From an uncultured Gemmatimonadales bacterium (GTDB taxonomy: Bacteria; Gemmatimonadota; Gemmatimonadetes; Gemmatimonadales; GWC2-71-9): DNA of 64,000 nt. Each line of letters opens with the position of its first letter. Position 1 is the stretch's first letter. Of the stretch, positions 37,302 through 48,771 are shown piece by piece. The notes beneath the pieces were generated by a model. The model saw nothing but the letters and a program-made list of their open reading frames with translations. It was not told where the DNA came from and did not search any database. A program made the translations under genes and the position numbers. The stretch lies in NCBI GenBank assembly GCA_963728915.1, contig CAVSLV010000001.1, forward strand, positions 960,001 through 1,024,000, written 5' to 3'.

Positions 37302-40049
37302 CTATCGCCGGGGGAGTTCCCAGGTCCAGGCGGATCCGCGACTTTCCATCAGGAACAGGAACAGTGGTTCAAACCCATCGGGTAGCTGCCCGGGCAACCT
37401 CGGCATGGCGGCGTGAAATTCCGTGGCTCCGCCCTTGGGCAGGCGGAAGGCGTCCCCCTCCCGGGCGATCGCCACCGTGGGTTCGGACGAATGAAACCTG
37501 AGGGTCACCCGGGCGTGCCACGGTGCCGCGGTGCCCGGATCCGCCAAGCCCGGAGCAAGGAGGATATCGAGGTTCCGTCCGGTCTGGTCCGGTCCAAGCG
37601 AAAGGGTCAGCCGGGTTTTCGAATAGTTGGCAGGTTCCTTTTCAAGGATATTCCCGGCCGAATCCATCACGGCAAAGCCGAAGTCGGTAAACCGCGGCCA
37701 TTCCCCCGGGTCGATATCCAGATCGGCCACCAGCTCACTGGCCCATGCCGGTACCGTGACCGGGATGTGGATGTCGCGGCTTCCGGCGGTATCCACTTGA
37801 ACGGTGCGCTGGGCGCCGACCGACCCGAACCGGAGCGTCCCGAAGGCTGAATCTGCATTCGAAGCCCGGAGCCTGGCGAGGATCGAATCGTTGCGGGGAA
37901 GGAACTCGAGCCGGGCCGGGGCGTGGAGCACCGAGAGGGTTGCGCTCGCGTTCCCGTCGAAGGGACCGGTGGCGACCGCTTCGTAGTAACCCGGCCGGAC
38001 ATCCCGACCGTCCACCGCGATTACCGCGGCCAGCGTGTCGGGGCCGGCGGGGATTCCATTGTCGCCGGGGATCGGCTGACCACCGGGCTGATGGAGCGAG
38101 GCGATGACGCCGTGATCGCGGAGTCCGGCTTCGATCCGGACCAGAAAAGGCCGGCCCGAATCCGCGGCGAAGACCATGCGCTGAGCCACCCCGGGCTGGA
38201 GCCGCACCTCGGCGGAGACCCGGCTTGCCGTCCTCGCATGGGGCACCACGACCGTGCTCACCAGGGTGAACGCGATCCCCGGCGTGCCATCGATCTCGGC
38301 GACGATCGACCCGCTGTAGGTTCCCGGGGCCGCCGGCGGCTTCTGGCGGACCCGCACCAGCAGCGTCGGCTGATCCACCCGAAGCCGGGGAGGCGCGGAT
38401 AGCCACGAGGCCCGGCTGGTGAGCGTAAGATTCACCGGATCGGACCCGTGCGTGCGGGTTATGCGGAAGGTGATCACGCTGTCGCCGGGAAAGAGGCCCA
38501 GATAGGCCGTCGCGCCGGGGCGATCCGGCAGGTCGACGTCGAATTCGGCGGGAGCATCCCCGGCGCGGAGGACCCTCCAGGCGGCCTCGAGGTCCGGCAC
38601 GCCGGCGCCTTCGTCGATCGGAGATTGCCCCACGAGGGGCCTGGATGAGCTCACCAGGGCCCGCCGGATCGTCGCGCCATCCACCGATTCGTGCTCCTGG
38701 ACCGCCGCGGAACGAAGGATCGCCGCCAGGCCGGCCACATGGGGAGAGGCCATGCTGGTGCCCGATTTGAACTCGTCACCCACATTCCAGCCGGGCACCG
38801 TCGAATAGGCGGTGCCCGGCGCGATCAGATCCGGTTTGGCCAGCTCGCCGCCCCGGGAGCTGAAATAGAGGAGCGGTTCGCCGTTGTGGGGCCCTTCGGG
38901 CAGAAAGGCGGCGGGCTGGAGCGCTCCGACCGTCAGAGCCCTTCTCGCGCTCCCCGGAAACCCCATGGTCGAGATTCCAGGGCCGTCATTGCCGGCAGAG
39001 GTCACGAAGACAACGTCGGGATGTGCGCCGAGAATCGAATCCACCAACCAATCAACCCGCGCCGCGCCCTCCCGTTCGTTGCCGACTCCGAAGCTCATGT
39101 TGACGACCAGGGGCAGCCCTCTCTTCGCGGCGAAACCGACCGCGTATTCCAGGGCCGACACCACGCTGCCCGTGGTAGTAATTCCTCCAAGATCGTTCCG
39201 GGAAATCTTCAGACCGAGAAGCTGAGCGCCCGGGGCGACACCCTCGAATCCGCTCACGCCTCCGATTCCATGGCCCGAAGCAATCCCGGCGACGTGGGTC
39301 CCATGGGCTTCGGTATCGAAGACCAGGTCAAGCCGGGGAGCGCCGCTCGAGTCGTCCGCGAAATTGGCCGCGACCGTGAGCGCCGAGGATGCTCCGGCCC
39401 GATGCCAGCCGAAGCTCTCCCGGCCCTGGAGATAGTCATGGACCGGCTTGTCGTTGGCGAGCGTCCCGTCGCCCTCGGCGTCCACGAACAGGGCCCAGCC
39501 CTCGGGCGTGCGCCCCACCACCAGCGCCAGGGAATCGGCGTTGTCACCATCGTCGTTGATATCGGCCGCGGGAACGTCGCCAAGGCGCCGCTCGATCAGT
39601 TCACCGGTGAACCAGGGAGCCGACGTCACGCTGCGAACTCGGGTCATGCCGAGAAGCCGGCGCCCGCCGATCAGGATGGTATCGGCGCGTGCGACCGCCG
39701 GCCTCAGGGCGACCCGGCCCTCTCCTGAGAAATCCCGCAGGTCGAGAAGCTTGGGCTCTCCCGTCGAAGTCAGGGAGAGTCCGACCACACCAGGATCAAT
39801 TCCGGTGTCGAGAATGGCGATCAGGACCCCGCGTCCATCCCAGGCAGGATGGGCGGTGAGAAACGGGGGGACGCCGGTGCTGCCGAGCGGCAACCATCCC
39901 TGCAGCCGTGCCAGAGCCGGTGGAGCAGCGGGTCGACGTTCCCCGGGGGAAAGGCCGGGCGCCTGCTGGGCGAGACCGGGGCTCGCGAACACCGAGAGGC
40001 AAAGGAGGAGCGAGCCGGGCCCGCTGCACGACCCTAGGAGATTAGTCAT
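37302..40049 (-). CDS. S8 subtilase, tripeptidyl-peptidase II-like, secreted
   Basis: DGRGVLIAILDTGIDP, HGTHVAGI, SAGNDGP, SGTSMASPH. Confidence 0.9.
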   Translation of the reverse strand: MTNLLGSCSGPGSLLLCLSVFASPGLAQQAPGLSPGERRPAAPPALARLQGWLPLGSTGVPPFLTAHPAWDGRGVLIAILDTGIDPGVVGLSLTSTGEPKLLDLRDFSGEGRVALRPAVARADTILIGGRRLLGMTRVRSVTSAPWFTGELIERRLGDVPAADINDDGDNADSLALVVGRTPEGWALFVDAEGDGTLANDKPVHDYLQGRESFGWHRAGASSALTVAANFADDSSGAPRLDLVFDTEAHGTHVAGIASGHGIGGVSGFEGVAPGAQLLGLKISRNDLGGITTTGSVVSALEYAVGFAAKRGLPLVVNMSFGVGNEREGAARVDWLVDSILGAHPDVVFVTSAGNDGPGISTMGFPGSARRALTVGALQPAAFLPEGPHNGEPLLYFSSRGGELAKPDLIAPGTAYSTVPGWNVGDEFKSGTSMASPHVAGLAAILRSAAVQEHESVDGATIRRALVSSSRPLVGQSPIDEGAGVPDLEAAWRVLRAGDAPAEFDVDLPDRPGATAYLGLFPGDSVITFRITRTHGSDPVNLTLTSRASWLSAPPRLRVDQPTLLVRVRQKPPAAPGTYSGSIVAEIDGTPGIAFTLVSTVVVPHARTASRVSAEVRLQPGVAQRMVFAADSGRPFLVRIEAGLRDHGVIASLHQPGGQPIPGDNGIPAGPDTLAAVIAVDGRDVRPGYYEAVATGPFDGNASATLSVLHAPARLEFLPRNDSILARLRASNADSAFGTLRFGSVGAQRTVQVDTAGSRDIHIPVTVPAWASELVADLDIDPGEWPRFTDFGFAVMDSAGNILEKEPANYSKTRLTLSLGPDQTGRNLDILLAPGLADPGTAAPWHARVTLRFHSSEPTVAIAREGDAFRLPKGGATEFHAAMPRLPGQLPDGFEPLFLFLMESRGSAWTWELPRR

Positions 40050-40083
40050 GAGGTGATTCGGAATCGCTCCAGCGGGCCGCGGG

Positions 40084-41703
40084 TCAGGAGGGCAGCACAA
40101 AGGGCCCGAGATGCGAGCCAGGGTTTCTCGAGGTGACTCGAAACAGGAAGGCGAGCGTGGAACGAGTCTCTTCGGGCCTGACGATCAGATCGACATGTCC
40201 CCGCGCCGCGGCGTGGGTGGCGTCGAGGTCGCGCTCGTAATCGGCCCGCATCTGGTCGATGGCCGTGGCGGTTTCCCGATCGGGCTCGCGACCCTCCCGC
40301 CGGGCCTGCTCGAGCTCCCGTCCGTGCACCGCCATGACCGCGGACTCTCCTTCCATGACTCCCATTCTGCCGGAGGGCCAGCTGAGCAGGAAATCGGGAT
40401 CGAAGCCCTGTCCGGCCATCGCATAGTACCCCGCCCCGGACGCGTGATTCACCGTCAGGACCAGTTTGGGGACCGTCGCGGCGGCCATGGCCTCCACGAA
40501 CCGGGCCCCGGCCCGGATGATCCCGGCGTGTTCAGCGTCGGTGCCCACCATGAATCCGCTGACATCCTGCACGAACAGAAGCGGGATTCGCTCCCGGCTC
40601 GCCGTTTCGATGAAATAGGCGGCCTTCTCGGCGGACTCGGGATACAGGATCCCGCCGGTACGAGGCCGTTCGCCCGGTTTGCCCTTGACTAACCCGCGCT
40701 GATTCGCGAGTACCGCCACCGCCTGACCCTCGATCCTGCCGTGCCCGCAGAGCAGCTCGCGCCCCAGGTCGGGCTGAAATTCGAGCACCTCGCCGCCATC
40801 GAGCACACAACTCAGCACGGCCCGCATGTCGTATGACATCCGGTGATCCTGGGGGAGCAGATCGTACAGGGAATCGGCGGCCTGGGCGGCCGGCCGCGGG
40901 TTCGCCTCAGTGGCACACCCGGCGGCCTCAGGGAGCAAGCCGACATACTGGCGGATTCGCTCGAGGCACTGGGCGTCGTTCGCGGCCCGGTAGTGCGCGA
41001 CCCCGCTGACCGCCGTGTGGGTGAGGGCCCCACCCAGGGTTTCCGCGTCGACCTTCTGACCGATGGCCCCGGCAACCAGGTTCGGTCCCCCCAAGCCCAT
41101 GAAGCTGGTGCCTTCCACCATGAAGATCACATCGGACAGGGCGGGCAGATACGCGCCGCCGGCCACGCAGCTCCCCATCACCGCGGCGATCTGGGGGACC
41201 TTGAGGTACCGCCGCATCAGGACGTTGTAGTAGAACAGCCGGGCGGCTCCATACTGGCCCGGGAAGACCCCACCCTGATACGGCAGGTTCACGCCGGCGC
41301 TGTCGACCAGGTAGATGATCGGAATACGCTGACGCATTGCGACCTCTTGCGCCCGAAGCATTTTCCCGATCGTTTCCGGCCACCAGGCGCCTGCCTTGAC
41401 CGTGGCATCGTTGGCGACCACCACCACCTCCCGCCCCCCAACCACACCGACTCCGGTAATGACCCCCGCGCCGGGCGCCTGGCCGTCATAGCGGTCCCAG
41501 GCGACCAGGAGGCCGATTTCCACCCAGGGCGCACCGGGATCGAGCAGGGACCTAACCCGCTCGCGCGGAGGCAGCTTGCCCTGGGCCCGCATCCGGTCGG
41601 CGCGCTCCCGGCCACCTCCCTCGCGGAGGCGGTCGGCCAGGGCCTGGTACTCCGCGGTCAGCTGGCGGAGCCGTCCGGGCCGGGTGCCGGTTTCAGTGGT
41701 CAA
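40084..41703 (-). CDS. acyl-CoA carboxylase carboxyltransferase subunit (MccB-like)
   Basis: [52 protein letters not shown] start inferred. Confidence 0.92.
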   Translation of the reverse strand: MTTETGTRPGRLRQLTAEYQALADRLREGGGRERADRMRAQGKLPPRERVRSLLDPGAPWVEIGLLVAWDRYDGQAPGAGVITGVGVVGGREVVVVANDATVKAGAWWPETIGKMLRAQEVAMRQRIPIIYLVDSAGVNLPYQGGVFPGQYGAARLFYYNVLMRRYLKVPQIAAVMGSCVAGGAYLPALSDVIFMVEGTSFMGLGGPNLVAGAIGQKVDAETLGGALTHTAVSGVAHYRAANDAQCLERIRQYVGLLPEAAGCATEANPRPAAQAADSLYDLLPQDHRMSYDMRAVLSCVLDGGEVLEFQPDLGRELLCGHGRIEGQAVAVLANQRGLVKGKPGERPRTGGILYPESAEKAAYFIETASRERIPLLFVQDVSGFMVGTDAEHAGIIRAGARFVEAMAAATVPKLVLTVNHASGAGYYAMAGQGFDPDFLLSWPSGRMGVMEGESAVMAVHGRELEQARREGREPDRETATAIDQMRADYERDLDATHAAARGHVDLIVRPEETRSTLAFLFRVTSRNPGSHLGPFVLPS

Positions 41704-42097
41704 GGTGTTGGGCAGCCCAGGACTTGATGTAGTCGACCAGCTCGGCAGTCGCGGTTCCCGGTCCGAAGAGCTTCCCGGTGCCTCGCTCCTGGAGCGCCTC
41801 GATGTCGGTCTGGGGAATGATGCCGCCACCGGTCAGCAGGATGTCGGAGCGTCCCTGGCCATCGAGAAGCTGGCGGACCCGGGGAAAGAGGGTCATGTGA
41901 GCGCCGCTCAGAATGGACAGTCCCACCACATCCACATCCTCCTGGATGGCGGCGCTGGCGATCATCTCGGGCGTCTGGTGGAGCCCGGTGTAGATGACTT
42001 CCATCCCGGCGTCGCGCAGCGCGGCCGCGACGACCTTGGCGCCGCGATCATGACCATCGAGACCCGGCTTCGCGACGAGCACCCGGATGGGGCGCAT
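41693..42097 (-). CDS. cobalamin-binding small subunit of acyl-CoA mutase
   Basis: [13 protein letters not shown] (DxHxxG), SILSGAH, GGGIIP. Confidence 0.95.
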   Translation of the reverse strand: MRPIRVLVAKPGLDGHDRGAKVVAAALRDAGMEVIYTGLHQTPEMIASAAIQEDVDVVGLSILSGAHMTLFPRVRQLLDGQGRSDILLTGGGIIPQTDIEALQERGTGKLFGPGTATAELVDYIKSWAAQHLDH

Positions 42098-43296
42098 CAG
42101 CGGAACCGGAGCAACGCGGCCAGACCGTTGATGGTCTCCGCGGCGTCCGGCTCGAAGACCACATCGAGATCGATCCGTTGACGGAGACCCTCTTCGATGG
42201 CGTCGTCGATGACGTCCGGCACCGGGACGGCGTTCCCGATGCCGCGGCAGTCCCGGGGGTTCAGGGTCAGACGGCCGGTCGCGGCGCAGCGGAAGCCGGG
42301 AACTCCGGCATCGGCCCGAACCAGGAGGGTGCGGACCTGTCCTTTTCCAAGCGCCTCGAGGGTCGGCGCAATCCCGTTGGTCGCCCACCCCGATCCCTGG
42401 CCCAGCAGCATCTCGGCGACCTGGTGCCGCTCCAGCCGGCGCTCGAATGCCTCGCGAACATCGAGGACCTGGCGGTGCACATCGGTGACCGCGCCGTTCT
42501 TGCGAGGACTCTTCGCGGTTCCCATCACCTTGCCGGCCAGATACCGGTGCAGAAATTTCTGGAGCGATTCCGCTTCATTCCCGCTCGAGGCGAGCACGAG
42601 TCCCCGCACCGGCTCCCGCCGATCGAGATCGAAAACCCGATCGGCCACCTCTGCGAAAAGATGATCCCGCTCATGGCGAAGCCGGCTGTGATACCGATAT
42701 TCTCCGACCCCCGGAGCGCCGTGACGATCGAAGTGATAGCGCCGGCCCCGGGCGCGGCTGGAGGGAATGGTGTCGAGAGCCCTGGCCTCGAACGCATTCA
42801 CCTCATAGATCGTCGCGCCCGCCTTGTCGATGAAGACCGCCAGCAGCCGGCCGACCTCGTCCTCGATGGCGGCGAGCTCCCGCACCAGTGCGGTCCGCGC
42901 GACCAGCAGCCGGGAGCGATAGACCCGGGGCAGCGGAATCATCTCGAACAGGTCCAGCGCGCCGCAGGCGAAGACGGCGAGGCCCTGGGTATGGGGCAAC
43001 CCCTCGGGGGCGCGGATCGCGTCCACCAGACGGTCGAGATCGGCGCGAACCTCGCCCATCTCGTCCCGGGAAAGCCCCTCGGCCGGGAGCGTATCGGTGA
43101 CCTGACGAATCCGGTTCTTGAGCTTGATCAGGTATTTCCCACGAATCCGGTCGCGAGGCTCGAGCTTCAGGTAACAGCTCACGATCCAGTGCTGGCCCGC
43201 CTGGACCCGCACCAGCCGCTGAAGCTGGCGGCGAATCTCGCTCGCCGACGCTTCGCGCCTCGGTTCGAGGCGGCGCCGGGAAGTCCGGGGCGCCAT
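42097..43296 (-). CDS. bacterial eRF1/Pelota-like (baeRF) protein
   Basis: VSCYL..., [19 protein letters not shown]-terminal GLAALLRF; no GGQ. Confidence 0.75.
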   Translation of the reverse strand: MAPRTSRRRLEPRREASASEIRRQLQRLVRVQAGQHWIVSCYLKLEPRDRIRGKYLIKLKNRIRQVTDTLPAEGLSRDEMGEVRADLDRLVDAIRAPEGLPHTQGLAVFACGALDLFEMIPLPRVYRSRLLVARTALVRELAAIEDEVGRLLAVFIDKAGATIYEVNAFEARALDTIPSSRARGRRYHFDRHGAPGVGEYRYHSRLRHERDHLFAEVADRVFDLDRREPVRGLVLASSGNEAESLQKFLHRYLAGKVMGTAKSPRKNGAVTDVHRQVLDVREAFERRLERHQVAEMLLGQGSGWATNGIAPTLEALGKGQVRTLLVRADAGVPGFRCAATGRLTLNPRDCRGIGNAVPVPDVIDDAIEEGLRQRIDLDVVFEPDAAETINGLAALLRFR

Positions 43297-43297
43297 C

Positions 43298-44878
43298 CTA
43301 GAAGAATACCGGCTCGTGGTAGGCACCATATACCCGCTCCAGCACGTCGCGAATCTCGTACAGAGTGCAGTAGGCCCGCGCGCAATCCAGCATCGCGGGG
43401 ATCACGTTCTGCTCGAGCAGGGACGCTTTCCGCAAGGCATCCAGGGTTTGCGCCACCCGTTCTCCGTCGCGCTCGGCGCGGAGCCGGACCAGACGGGCCC
43501 GCTGGGTGCGATCCGCGTCGTCCCCGATCCGGAGGATCTCGACCGGCGCCTCCTCGGTCTCCACAAATTGGTTGACACCGACGATCACGCGGCGGGCGGT
43601 TTCGACTTCCTCCTGGAAACGGGCCGCGCTCCCGGCGATCTGGCGCTGGAACCACCCCGCTTCGATCGCGGCGACCACCCCTCCCTGCGCTTCGATCTCC
43701 CGGAACAGCTCTTCGGCATCCCGCTCCATCGCATCGGTCAGCGCCTCGACATAGTAGGAGCCGCCGAGCGGATCGACCACGTTCGGTACCCCGCTCTCGC
43801 AGGCCAAGATCTGCTGGGTCCGGAGCGCGATCCGGACCGACTCTTCGGTCGGGAGGGCGAGGGTTTCGTCCAGCGCGTTGGTATGGAGCGACTGGGCCCC
43901 GCCCAGCACCGCCGCCAGGGCCTGATAGGCGACGCGGACGATGTTGTTGTAGGGCTGCTGAGCCGTCAGCGTCACCCCCGCGGTCTGGCAATGAAACCGC
44001 ATCTTCCAGCTCCGCTCGTCCTTCGCCCCATACCGCTCTCGAAGGTGCCGGGCCCAGATCCGGCGGGCGGCCCGCATCTTGGCAATTTCTTCGAAGAAAT
44101 CGTTGTGCACGTCCCAGAAGAACGACAACCGGGGCGCGAAGCTATCCACCGGAAGTCCCCGGGCGATGCCGTGCTCCACGTAGCTGAACCCGTTCGCGAG
44201 GGTGAACGCGAGCTCCTGGACCGCGGTCGCGCCGGCCTCCCGGATGTGATAGCCCGAGATGGAGATCGTGTTCCATTTCGGGGTGTGCTGGGCGGCCCAT
44301 TCGAACAGATCGACGATGACCTTCAGCGCCGGCTCAGGAGGGTAGATCCAGGCATGCTGGGCGACGAACTCCTTGAGGATGTCGTTCTGAATGGTGCCCT
44401 GGAGTCTGGCGATGTCCACACCCTGTCGCTCCGCCGCGGCGACGTAGAAGCAGAACAGAATCGCGGCGGGACCGTTGATGGTCATGGAGGTGGAGACCTG
44501 ATCGAGCGGTATCCCGGCAAACAGGTCTTCCATATCCCGAAGGCTCGAGATGGCCACCCCGCACTTGCCGACCTCGCCCTCGGCCCGGGGATGATCCGAG
44601 TCGTAGCCCATCAAGGTGGGAAAATCGAACGCCACCGAGAGGCCGGTCTGCCCCTGCTCGAGAAGGAATTTGTAGCGCTGGTTGGTGTCCTCCGCGGTGC
44701 CGAATCCGGAGAACTGCCGCATGGTCCAGAGCCGCCCGCGGTACATATCCGGGTGAATGCCCCGAGTATAGGGGAACTGCCCCGGCCGCTCCGAGGCGTG
44801 GACCGGATCGAGATCGGCTGGGCCGTAGGTCGTCTTGACCTCCCGGCCGGAAACCGTGGTGACCTCTCGATCCGTCAT
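43298..44878 (-). CDS. B12-dependent acyl-CoA mutase large subunit, isobutyryl-CoA mutase-like
   Basis: [52 protein letters not shown]. Confidence 0.93.
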   Translation of the reverse strand: MTDREVTTVSGREVKTTYGPADLDPVHASERPGQFPYTRGIHPDMYRGRLWTMRQFSGFGTAEDTNQRYKFLLEQGQTGLSVAFDFPTLMGYDSDHPRAEGEVGKCGVAISSLRDMEDLFAGIPLDQVSTSMTINGPAAILFCFYVAAAERQGVDIARLQGTIQNDILKEFVAQHAWIYPPEPALKVIVDLFEWAAQHTPKWNTISISGYHIREAGATAVQELAFTLANGFSYVEHGIARGLPVDSFAPRLSFFWDVHNDFFEEIAKMRAARRIWARHLRERYGAKDERSWKMRFHCQTAGVTLTAQQPYNNIVRVAYQALAAVLGGAQSLHTNALDETLALPTEESVRIALRTQQILACESGVPNVVDPLGGSYYVEALTDAMERDAEELFREIEAQGGVVAAIEAGWFQRQIAGSAARFQEEVETARRVIVGVNQFVETEEAPVEILRIGDDADRTQRARLVRLRAERDGERVAQTLDALRKASLLEQNVIPAMLDCARAYCTLYEIRDVLERVYGAYHEPVFF

Positions 44879-45915
44879 ACGCTCGCTCCGTCCTTGAGGC
44901 CAGCAAGAATCTCGTCTGCGAGCCCATACGGGCTCAGGCGCCCAGCCACGACCTCGCCCAGCCGATCCTGAAGAATGGCCTCGGCGCGAGTCTCATTCCA
45001 GACATGTCGGTGCAAGGCCCGATCCACCACCTCGCGAGTGCGCGCCGCGAACCGTCGCCGGCGCCGCTCCTGCAGAGTCCCCTGCGCTTCCGCCCAGGCA
45101 TGGTGGCGATCCAGCACCCCGACCAGGTCGGAGACCCCCGCGCCGGTGGACGCGACCGTGAGCAATACCGGCGGAGTCCACTGGTCCGGCCGGGCCGCCG
45201 GCCGCTCGGGCCCGTCTCCCCGGGATATTCCCGATGCCCCATGGTGCCCTCGCATCCCGCGGTAGGCCCTTCCCTGCCGGATCGCGATGGCGGATTCGAT
45301 CTCCCGGGCCAGATTGGTCGCGCCGGGGCGATCCGCCTTGTTCACTGCATAGACGTCGGCGATTTCCATGATGCCCGACTTGAGCGCCTGGATCCCATCA
45401 CCGGATTCGGGCACCAGAACCAGCACCGTCGTGTCCGCCATCGTCGTGACGGCGAGCTCCGATTGTCCCACCCCAACCGTCTCGATCAGGATCCTGTCGA
45501 ACCCCGCGGCGTCGAGCACATCACACACTTCCCGGGTGCTGGTGGCCAGACCGCCCAGCGAGCCCCGCGTCGCCATCGAGCGGATGTAGACGCCCTGATC
45601 GAGTGCGACCGTTTCCATCCGGATGCGATCGCCCAGCAGCGCCCCCCCGCTGAACGGACTGGTGGGATCGACCGCGACGACCCCGACGGTTAACCCGGCC
45701 TGCCTCCACTGCTGGACCAGCTGCCGGGTCAGGGTGGACTTGCCGGCCCCGGGCGGCCCGGTAATGCCGATCCGGCGTCCCTGCCCCAGGCGAGCATGCA
45801 ACCCCGCCAGGAACGGCTCAAATCCCGGCCGCGCATTCTCCACCAGGGAGATGGCTCGCGCCAGACCGGCGGGGTTGGCCACGGTGAGCTCGGGGGAAAC
45901 GGCCTGGGACGACAT
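44875..45915 (-). CDS. meaB: mutase-associated GTPase chaperone MeaB family
   Basis: [43 protein letters not shown]. Confidence 0.93.
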   Translation of the reverse strand: MSSQAVSPELTVANPAGLARAISLVENARPGFEPFLAGLHARLGQGRRIGITGPPGAGKSTLTRQLVQQWRQAGLTVGVVAVDPTSPFSGGALLGDRIRMETVALDQGVYIRSMATRGSLGGLATSTREVCDVLDAAGFDRILIETVGVGQSELAVTTMADTTVLVLVPESGDGIQALKSGIMEIADVYAVNKADRPGATNLAREIESAIAIRQGRAYRGMRGHHGASGISRGDGPERPAARPDQWTPPVLLTVASTGAGVSDLVGVLDRHHAWAEAQGTLQERRRRRFAARTREVVDRALHRHVWNETRAEAILQDRLGEVVAGRLSPYGLADEILAGLKDGASV

Positions 45916-45946
45916 CGCTTCAAATTAACCGCAGCCCCTGCGACCG

Positions 45947-47137
45947 TCAGGACGAAGCGGGCCCCAGCGACGTGACGGTCGGGAGACCTCGCCGAATCAG
46001 GGCGCGCTCGACCCGGGTCGGGGTCGCCTGGAGGATGTCGATCTCCAACCCCGCGATCTGAAAACGTTCCCCGCCCGCGGGGAAGCGGCCGGCCAGCTCC
46101 ACCAGTCGGCCACCGATGGTGCTCGCGCGTCCCGGCGGGAACTCGACCCCGAAGTGCCCCTCGATTTCCGCCAGGGATCGCGAGCCCTCGACGTCGAGCA
46201 GCTCCGGACTCGTGGCCTCCGGGGCGACCCCAGCTTCCTCTTCGTCGACGATTTCCCCGACCAGGGCTTCCATGAGGTCTTCCAGCGTCACGATGCCGAG
46301 GGTGCCGCCGAATTCATCCAGCACCACCGCGAGATGGCGACGCTCCCGCTGCATGTCGATCAGGAGGTCCCCGCAGGAGCGACTGGCCGGCACCACGGCG
46401 AGCGGTCGCACCGGCACGGCTTCTCCCGGTTGGAGCCGGAAGACATCGAATGCGTGCACCATGCCGACCAGCTCGTCGAGGGTTCCCCGGTAGACCGGGA
46501 GCCGGCTGTATCCGCTCTGGACGAAGGCGTCGCGCATCTCTTCCACCGACGCTTCCGCCGGGATCGCCGCGAGGTCGGTGCGGGGCGTCATCACCTCCCG
46601 CACGATCCGCTGCGAAAAGTGCAGCAGGCCACCCACCCGGAGGAGCCGTTCATCCGGGGTTCCGCCGCCCGCTTCCCGCTCGCGCCACAATTCGCTGACC
46701 AGGGCCTCGGGCTTCACGGTCGGCGCAGGGAGGATGGTGCCCAGCAACCGGCTCCACGGCTTGAGCACCGGACCGAGTCGCTGGGCGATCCGGTCGGCCC
46801 GCCGGTAGGTGAGATACCTCGGGAGCACATACCCGCTCAGCAGCACTCCCGGGACGGCGAGCAGCACGAACAACACCCCGAATTCAGTGAGGCTCGCGCC
46901 GGCAAAAAGCCCCGGGAACACGGCGCCGAGCATGGCGATGCCGAGGGTGGTGGTAATCGAAGCCGCGGCGAGGTCGCGTTCCATGCCGGGGAGCCATTCC
47001 AGCGCCGCCGACCCTCCCCGGAGTTTCCGGGACACGATTTCGGTCAGTCGCTGGCGACTGGAGGCGATCAGGGCGGCGGCCGCGGTGGCGCCCAGCACCG
47101 TGATGAACAACCCGGCCAGGACGAGGACCCAGATCAT
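45947..47137 (-). CDS. hemolysin-like CNNM/CBS/CorC-HlyC domain protein
   Basis: N-terminal TMs, EVMTPR, SGYSRLPVY, VLDEFGGTLGIVTLED. Confidence 0.88.
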   Translation of the reverse strand: MIWVLVLAGLFITVLGATAAAALIASSRQRLTEIVSRKLRGGSAALEWLPGMERDLAAASITTTLGIAMLGAVFPGLFAGASLTEFGVLFVLLAVPGVLLSGYVLPRYLTYRRADRIAQRLGPVLKPWSRLLGTILPAPTVKPEALVSELWREREAGGGTPDERLLRVGGLLHFSQRIVREVMTPRTDLAAIPAEASVEEMRDAFVQSGYSRLPVYRGTLDELVGMVHAFDVFRLQPGEAVPVRPLAVVPASRSCGDLLIDMQRERRHLAVVLDEFGGTLGIVTLEDLMEALVGEIVDEEEAGVAPEATSPELLDVEGSRSLAEIEGHFGVEFPPGRASTIGGRLVELAGRFPAGGERFQIAGLEIDILQATPTRVERALIRRGLPTVTSLGPASS

Positions 47138-48366
47138 CGGGGACCTGGCGGCTGAGCCGGGGCGCTCTCCCGATGGTGTTCATCCGAAAGCGCCGGACTC
47201 ACGGTAACCCGCCGAATCCGGCGTCGCACGATCTGGTCGACGGTGAATCGGAATCCGTCGCTGGCGATGCCTTCGCCGGGACGGGGGACCCGACCGAACA
47301 GGGCCAGCACCAGTCCGCCGACCGTGCTCACGTCGGCTCGATCGAATTCGTGATGGAGCTCGGCCTCCAGCTCGGCCAGGGGAGCGCTCCCGTCCACCAC
47401 CCAGATGCCGTCGGATCGCCGCTCGAGCGGCGCCACTTCCTCGGTGTCGTACTCGTCGCGGATCTCACCCACGACCTGTTCCAGCACGTCTTCGAGCGTG
47501 ACGATGCCCGAGGTCCCGCCGAACTCGTCGACCACCACCACCAGATGGCTGCCGCTGCGCTGGAAATCCCGGAGCTGGCGATCCAGGGTCTTCCCTTCCG
47601 GGACGAATCCCACCGGCCGGATCAGGGGATGCCAGTCGGCCGACGCCCGCTCGGGGCCTAACCCGGGGAGCAGGTCCTTGGCATAGATCACCCCGACTAC
47701 CGAATCGGGATCGCCATCCACCACCAGCAGGCGCGAGTGCTCGGCCCGGCGGAAGGTTTCCACCACCTGGTCCCGGGTCGCCGAAAAATCCACCACCACG
47801 ATATCGAGCCGCGGCGTCATCACTTCGGAAACCGACATGTCGGTCAGGGCGAGCAGGCCGGTCAGCATGTCACGCTGTTCCGGCTCGCCCTCGCGAGAGC
47901 CGCGACCCGGTGCGGTCCGGCGCCGCCGAAAGCCCCGGTCGGCCCAGGCCACCCCGACCAGCAGGGGCCGGAAGAAGGCGAGGGTGAGCTGGACGAAGCG
48001 ACCCTCGAAGTGCACCAGGCCGGGCTCATTCGCGGCCCAGAGACGCGGGGCAAGCTCGCCAAGAATCCAGACCAGCAGGACCGCGGTCAGAAACCTGATC
48101 AGCGCGGTTTGCGCAGGCCACGCCCACCAGGACACCGCGGTCCCGGCGAGTGCGGCGGCCAGGGCCAGCATCGCCAGGTGAAGAACGTGAAGACTGCGCG
48201 CCGGACTCATCGGCGTACGGTGCCGGGTGATTCCCGGCGCGAGCAGCCGGGGGAGTCCCCGATCGTCCTGTTCCGCGAGCGCGATCAGCGCGGAGCCCAG
48301 CGTGAATACCGCGGCGAGGAGCGGCGCCACCCAGAGCTGCAACGCGGCCAGCAGGGTGCGGATCAT
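47134..48366 (-). CDS. hemolysin-like CNNM/CBS/CorC-HlyC domain protein
   Basis: GELAPR, EVMTPR, HSRL, VVDEFGGTSGIVTLED.LE..VGEIRDEYD. Confidence 0.88.
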   Translation of the reverse strand: MIRTLLAALQLWVAPLLAAVFTLGSALIALAEQDDRGLPRLLAPGITRHRTPMSPARSLHVLHLAMLALAAALAGTAVSWWAWPAQTALIRFLTAVLLVWILGELAPRLWAANEPGLVHFEGRFVQLTLAFFRPLLVGVAWADRGFRRRRTAPGRGSREGEPEQRDMLTGLLALTDMSVSEVMTPRLDIVVVDFSATRDQVVETFRRAEHSRLLVVDGDPDSVVGVIYAKDLLPGLGPERASADWHPLIRPVGFVPEGKTLDRQLRDFQRSGSHLVVVVDEFGGTSGIVTLEDVLEQVVGEIRDEYDTEEVAPLERRSDGIWVVDGSAPLAELEAELHHEFDRADVSTVGGLVLALFGRVPRPGEGIASDGFRFTVDQIVRRRIRRVTVSPALSDEHHRESAPAQPPGPR

Positions 48367-48770
48367 GCGAGCCGCCTCACCAGCCGCTCCTGGCGCTTCC
48401 ACATCGCTGATCCGGTACGACGCTCCCCGTCGGGATGCTCGTAGCCGAGAACGTGCAGGACGCCGTGGACGATGAGACGGGCCAGCTCCTGCCGGACCGG
48501 AATGCTGCGCTCGCGAGCCTCGCGGGCCGCGACCCAGCGGCAGATATAGATGTCGCCCGCGAGCCTCCCGCCGGGGAGATCGAGCGGAAACGCGATCACG
48601 TCGGTGAGATCGTTTCGCCCGAGCCAGCGATGATTGAGACGCCGGATGCCTTCCCGTCCCACGAAACTGATCGAAAGCTCCGCCACCCGCCGCTCGGCGG
48701 CGAGCACGCCCTCGGCGATTCTCACGATCGCGGGCCGGGAGAGCGGAGCGTGACGACCGGCAATCCTCAC
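48363..48770 (-). CDS. ybeY: rRNA maturation RNase YbeY
   Basis: TDVIAF, GDIYIC, HGVLHVLGYEH. Confidence 0.93.
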   Translation of the reverse strand: MRIAGRHAPLSRPAIVRIAEGVLAAERRVAELSISFVGREGIRRLNHRWLGRNDLTDVIAFPLDLPGGRLAGDIYICRWVAAREARERSIPVRQELARLIVHGVLHVLGYEHPDGERRTGSAMWKRQERLVRRLA

Positions 48771-48771
48771 C

